From Octopus sinensis (lineage: Eukaryota), in NCBI RefSeq assembly GCF_006345805.1, contig NC_043021.1, positions 28,582,001 to 28,646,000 on the forward strand: DNA of 64,000 nucleotides. Direction: 5' to 3'. This document shows positions 58,380 to 64,000 of the stretch, in pieces. The position numbers and the translations under genes were made by a program. Position 1 is the stretch's first letter. Every line of letters begins with the position of its first letter. The notes beneath the pieces were generated by a model. The model had not been told where the DNA came from, made no database searches, and saw only the letters and a program-made list of their open reading frames with translations.

Positions 58380-58739
58380 CGCACTATATATTTGGTGTTA
58401 TTTTGCTTCAGTGTTATTTATTTTTTACATTAATCTTAATCTTATTTCAGCCAGAGTTCTTCCGTCACACTCCTGTGACCGCATCAGTGGTCCTTTGTTT
58501 TCTTCTTTCTTATCTGTGTCTCTCTTATATTTCTATTGTATGTCTTCATTTGCTTATATCTCTATGTGCGTCTATGTTTAGTTAGTGGGGGGAGGGGGAA
58601 TACCTGTAATATTTGTATCTTCTGTTTATATACGTTCGTGTAATTTGTTTTTGTTTATTCTTATTTTGTTCATGTGTTTACATCCACTTATTATTATTAT
58701 CATTACGTATGCTTGTATGTATGTATAACAACAATACTA

Positions 58740-58808
<69 letters not shown>

Positions 58809-60375
58809 CAAAAAAATCTTTTAAATTAAACAAAACAAATATTTAAAAAAAATTTTTTAATAAATAATAAAAATATATATATAAAAAAATTATATAGTTA
58901 TTTATTTCTATTTGTTTATCTGTGTATTTTATTTATTATGTTTTCGGTTTTGTTTATATTGTAACCAGTTTATTGGGATCCTCTACAGTCATATGTTGTG
59001 GTGTCTGCTAGTGTTCCATTCCAGTTTCCTATTCAGGCTAGGTTTATCTTCTATTATGTGTGTAGCTTCTGTAATTTATCTGATTGTTGCATCTGTTCTA
59101 TGTGTGGACAATATTTGAATTTCTATGTTGTTGATTGATCCCCCGTGTTCCTGTTCGGCGTGTTGGTAAAGAATCGATGAGCTTTTACCTTCCTTAAGTT
59201 CTCTCCAATGGTCATTTACGCGCTCTCCTATGCTTCTTGCCGTTTCCCCTACGTATGTCGTTGTCTTGTTACTGCATCGTCCCTCTATACATCTTATACT
59301 ATAGACTACATTTCTGGCTTTACAGTTTGTTTGCTAAATCTACATACAGTACAGTACTTATCCGTACAGGGGATTCTACTAAAAGGGTAGGTTCTACCGA
59401 TTATAGATTTGATAGGGTTGCTTGGCTTTTCAACAACCTTAATCCTTAGCTTAAGTTTGTCTAGGGTCCTTCTAAAGCGGTACGCCAGTTCATCTCCAGG
59501 GGTGGTGTCAACGAACATGACACTCTGGTATTTATGGCTATCATACCAAGAGTTGGCCTTTCCTATTTTCTTTTTTGTCCTTTCCATAGTGTTCCATGAC
59601 TTGTTCCTATAGAGTGGGCAAATCCCATTCCTATTATTACATAATATATCAAATTTCTTCATGGCTCCTTTGTATACTCTGATCCTTTCTTTATGGCTGT
59701 AACCTGAGAACTGCATGTGGTGAATGAAATATTGTATGTGTCCCTTTTAACTCTGTAGGCTCGCACATGCGTGACACATTTCTCATTATTCTGACGAGGT
59801 TTGCCGTCAAAATATTGAATTTGGCATTGTCCGCAATGGCTGAGTTCCGGTGGATCAAGTATTTTGAAGCCATAGGTTTGGCATTTTACGAATGAAGGAT
59901 TTAGGTTTTATTATTTACAGTTTCTAGCCAAAGTTCTGTCTAGTGCTAGTAGTCTATGGTTGGGGTGTTTAGTGGGGTAGTCTATTGTGACCTTAATACT
60001 CTGGTGGATGGAGTTAGCTATTTGCTGGATGCTCTCCATAGTATTAGTTTCTATTACTATATCAGCAGTACTCTCTTGTGTGGGTGCCTTTACCACTATG
60101 TTGATATCATCAACATAGCGAGAGTACATGTTTACGAGTATGGAGTTCTGTGTTAGGCGTTCTTTAAGCCTTCTGTCCCACCATACCATGAAAAGGTTGA
60201 CCACATCACCAGCGATACTAACGCCGATGGCTTATCCCTCGTCCTAGGCATATATTTTATTGTTAAACTTAAACGTGTGGCCTTTTAGGGTAACTCTTAT
60301 ACTAACTCCTAGTGCATGTGCGATCATTTTCTTTACCTGATGGACATTTGCGTGATGGACATTTGCGTGATGGAC

Positions 60376-60378
<3 letters not shown>
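58380..60378 (-). mobile_element. 5'-truncated, frameshifted Penelope-like element (Naiad-like RT plus GIY-YIG)
   Basis: AIGVSIAGDVVNLFMVWWDRRL...YSRYVDDIN (RT motif C), KPMASKYLIHRNSAI...RIMRNVS (thumb), VMFVDTTPGDELA, CTDKYCTVC linker, ARNVVYSIRC...TYVGETARSIGERVNDH...LNRKLEW (endonuclease). Confidence 0.9.
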
Positions 60379-60430
<52 letters not shown>

Positions 60431-60439
<9 letters not shown>

Positions 60440-63400
60440 ATTAGAGACAAAACCACTATTTTGCAAAACAAACAAGGAAAGACTTAATCAATACATAAAA
60501 TTTTAATAAATAGTAAAAAAAACCGCCACTACAATTGTTTCTTGTCTTGATCGACAATCTTCAGGTGGACTTCCAATCTAAAATATCAATATTTTAAAAT
60601 ATAAAAATAATAATTTTAAAATAATTAAAGTATGAATGAAAAAATATAAATATATAATCCATATATAACCTATATATAATCCATATATAATCAATATATA
60701 AACAATATATAAACTAAAATAAACCTATCAACAATTAAATATAAAATATAAAATATAAAATATAAAATATAAAATATAAAACAAAACAAAAAAATAATAA
60801 TAATATAATAATAAACTATATATACACCCATACACATATACCTAATTATATAAACCATATCTAACTACATACACTAAATCACACACCTATATATATATCC
60901 CTATACATACACATAAAAACGTCTAGGCAACTATAAATAAATAAAATAGCTAAATAATTCAACACAATACTTATTCATACTCCCACACACACACACATAC
61001 AACCCACATTCACGCTCTAGAAAACGGACATCACTTAAAATTATGAACGGAGAAATGGAATAAATGGAATTAAAAATTATATTCACTTGGTAAAACGAAC
61101 ACTACTTAAAAATTATGAATGAAACAATGCAATAAAACAACAGACATCGCAAATAGACACAAATTACTACGAATTCCTTAACAAACCTACCATGATAAAC
61201 CAAAACTCATAAAAACATATAATGATAAAATCTCCCTTTACTAAACTCTATAACATACCTATATAGCAATCCCCCTAACCTAAACATTCACACAGAAATA
61301 CACACACGTAAACCACACACCCACGACATATACAAATACCCACACCACTTACACATACCTATACATACATATAAACCTCAACATATACTCCAAAAACCCA
61401 CTCAACCCCACACAGACAAATAAACACAAAAATTATGAATGGATTCTTTTATAAAACTACCATGATAAGCTAAAACTCACAAAACATAAATGATAAAACC
61501 TCCCTTTACTAAACACTATAACATACTTATATAGCAATCCCTTAACCTATACATTCACACACAATACACACACGTAAACCACACACCCATAACAAATACA
61601 AACACCCACCCCACTCACACACACCCACAAGTACATATACGCCTCAACATATACACCAAACAAAATTACTTTACCAAGGAACTTAACATATGTATAAAAA
61701 GTATAACCCCTCTGGAAACGAACATCTTTTAAAATAATGAATGGAGAAATCGAATAAATGGAATTAAAAATAATATTCACGTGGCAAAACGAACACCACT
61801 CAAAAATTATGAATGAAACAATATAATAAAACAACCAACATCGAAAATAGACAAATTGCCACGAATTCCCTAAAAAAAACCATGATAAACCAAAACTCTT
61901 AAAAACATATAACGATAAAATCTCCCTTTGCTAAACTCTATAACAAACCTATATAGCAATCCCCCTAACCTAAACATTCACACACAAAAAACACACACGT
62001 AAACCACAGACCCACGACTTATACACATACCTATACTAACTTATAAACCTCAATATACACCAAAAACCCACTCCCTCCCCACACAGACAAATTAACACAT
62101 ACATCCCAAAACCTAAATAACAAACCCATATGCACATTCACACACAAACACACACACACGCAAAACACACACACACAACAGATACATATACTCCCTCACA
62201 TATACGCATATACATACTCACTAAACTCGATATATACAACAATATTTACACACCCACACTCATACAGATAAATAAATTATACAACTAAAAACTCACACAC
62301 AATCTCATATACATAAACACTCCAATAAAAAACAACATTAAATACATCGTAATTAACCAGAATATCAAAAATAACAATATGACATAAGGAGAAATAAAAT
62401 ACATACTTACAAGTCAGTTTCAAATTATGAAGTGAAATTAAATTCTTAGCCGTTAAAAAAATCAAACCAAAATTACGTTACCATAGAAATATAACTTATG
62501 TAAAAAAAGAATACGCGCCATGGAAAGTAAACGTCATTTAAAATTATGAATGGAGAAATAGAATAAATGGAACTAAAAACTATATCCACGTGGCAAACCA
62601 ACACTACTTAAAATTACATGTGAGCCTCAACATATACACCAAACGGCCACTCCCGCCCCATACGGACGAATAAACACATACATCCCCAAAAATGGGCGTA
62701 ATCCCACTCACACCAATCATATGTATACAATTATACACACTAGAATAATACATAACTAACCCAAATATACAGAACATATTAAAAATCACCAACAAACCAC
62801 CATCACAAATGAAACCTACACCCATACAATGACAAAACTCCCCCCTCCATACCCAATTTACACCCACATAGCAATCCCAATATATTCATCCATACATGGA
62901 CGCACGTGCGTGAAGCACATGCACACAATAAATACGTACAACCCCCCAATACACACTCATATACATACGTATCAAGCTCGACATCCACAGCAATACGCTT
63001 ACACCCACTCACACCCAGATGGGTGAATTGCACAACCAGGGAACGCACACACACACGTGTGCGTATTTTGATTGTGCAACTCGCCCATATGCATGTATGC
63101 GGGCGCGATTACATTGTTGCACATATCGAGCCCAACTAGCATGCATATGTACATGTGAGGGGGTACACGTACATGCCGTGCGCGTGTACCCCCTGCATTT
63201 ATACCCGTGCGTGAATATCACTGGAGACTACCACACAGGTACAAATGTGTATAGTAATGGGAGCCCCATCACTACACTCAATGTATAATCTCACCCATCC
63301 GCACGGATGTGAAAGCGAATCTCCGTGTATATGTTGAGGCTTATATGTAGCGCTGTGGAGGTGAACGTCGTTGAAATTGTGAATGAATGGGTGGAGTTGG

Positions 63401-64000
63401 GAATTGTAACCGGGTGGTGGGCTAGCGTTGCTTGGAATTGGGAATGGAATAGTGTAGTAGTAAGGCAGGCATCGAGAATAGATTTGGGTTACTGCAAGTT
63501 GTTTGTTAGAGCTGCTAAGATGAGCTAAAGCTCATAATTGTATATAATAATTTATTATGGTAGTTTTATTAAAGAATCCATTCATAATAAATTTTTTTAA
63601 GTAGTGTTGGTTTGCCACGTGGATATAGTTTTTTAGTTCCATTTATTCTATTTCTCCATTCATAATTTTAAATGACGTTTACTTTCCATGGCGCGTATTC
63701 TTTTTTTACATAAGTTATATTTCTATGGTAACGTAATTTTGGTTTGGTTTTTTTAACGGCTAAGAATTTAATTTCACTTCATAATTTGAAACTGACTTGT
63801 AAGTATGTATTTTATTTCTCCTTATGTCATATTGTTATTTTTGATATTCTGGTTAATTACGATGTATTTAATGTTGTTTTTTTATTGGAGTGTTTATGTA
63901 TATGAGATTGTGTGTGAGTTTTTAGTTGTATAATTTATTTATCTGTATGAGTGTGGGTGTGTAAATATTGTTGTATATATCGAGTTTAGTGAGTATGTAT
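60431..64000. mobile_element. Large, mostly non-coding HHR-terminated element with internal subrepeats and an inverted duplication running off the window
   Basis: Ends in (TA)n ~95 bp beyond the HHR. 61030-61420 resembles 61725-62100, and 61460-61660 is a further partial copy. 62210-62613 is the reverse complement of 63594-64000. Confidence 0.7.
60526..60568 (-). ncRNA. Intact minimal type-I hammerhead ribozyme motif (canonical core)
   Basis: CCAC-CTGAAGA-TTGTC(GATCAA)GACAA-GAAAC-AATT-GTA-GTGG: 4 bp stem I, 5 bp stem II, palindromic AATT stem III loop, all conserved core bases present. Confidence 0.9.

Noticed and set aside
58380-60378. Selenocysteine (in-frame TGA) or SECIS, as described for some Naiad elements
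   Set aside because: The Cys positions I could read use TGT/TGC, and no SECIS was recognisable.

Overview
AT-rich, microsatellite-dense animal genomic DNA whose SINE families and overall repeat make-up point to an Octopus-type cephalopod (inference). Almost all ORFs in the supplied track are microsatellite translation artefacts. One spliced host gene is clear: a prohormone-4-like (LDLa-domain) neuropeptide precursor on the minus strand, with three exons at 10233-10102, 8333-8220 and 4672-4479. Its signal-peptide exon was not found. The rest is mobile DNA: tRNA-derived SINEs, a Tc1/mariner MITE and a transposase relic, a hAT MITE, RTE fragments, R4/Dong-like RLE LINE ends in (TAA)n, Tx1/L1-like LINE ends in (ATAG)n, and several Penelope-like elements (PLEs). 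The most notable signal is a set of minimal type-I hammerhead ribozyme (HHR) motifs at PLE 3' ends and in small (TA)n-embedded fold-back elements. Their catalytic-core positions 3 and 8 co-vary as three different Watson-Crick pairs: C3-G8 (60526, 10639, 21728), U3-A8 (13424/11746, 18103) and A3-U8 (34301/33773). One family carries a 55-63 nt insert in place of the short stem II, and a strongly atypical HHR-like fold sits at the end of a Naiad-type PLE. All folds were read by eye; no ribozyme activity is demonstrated.
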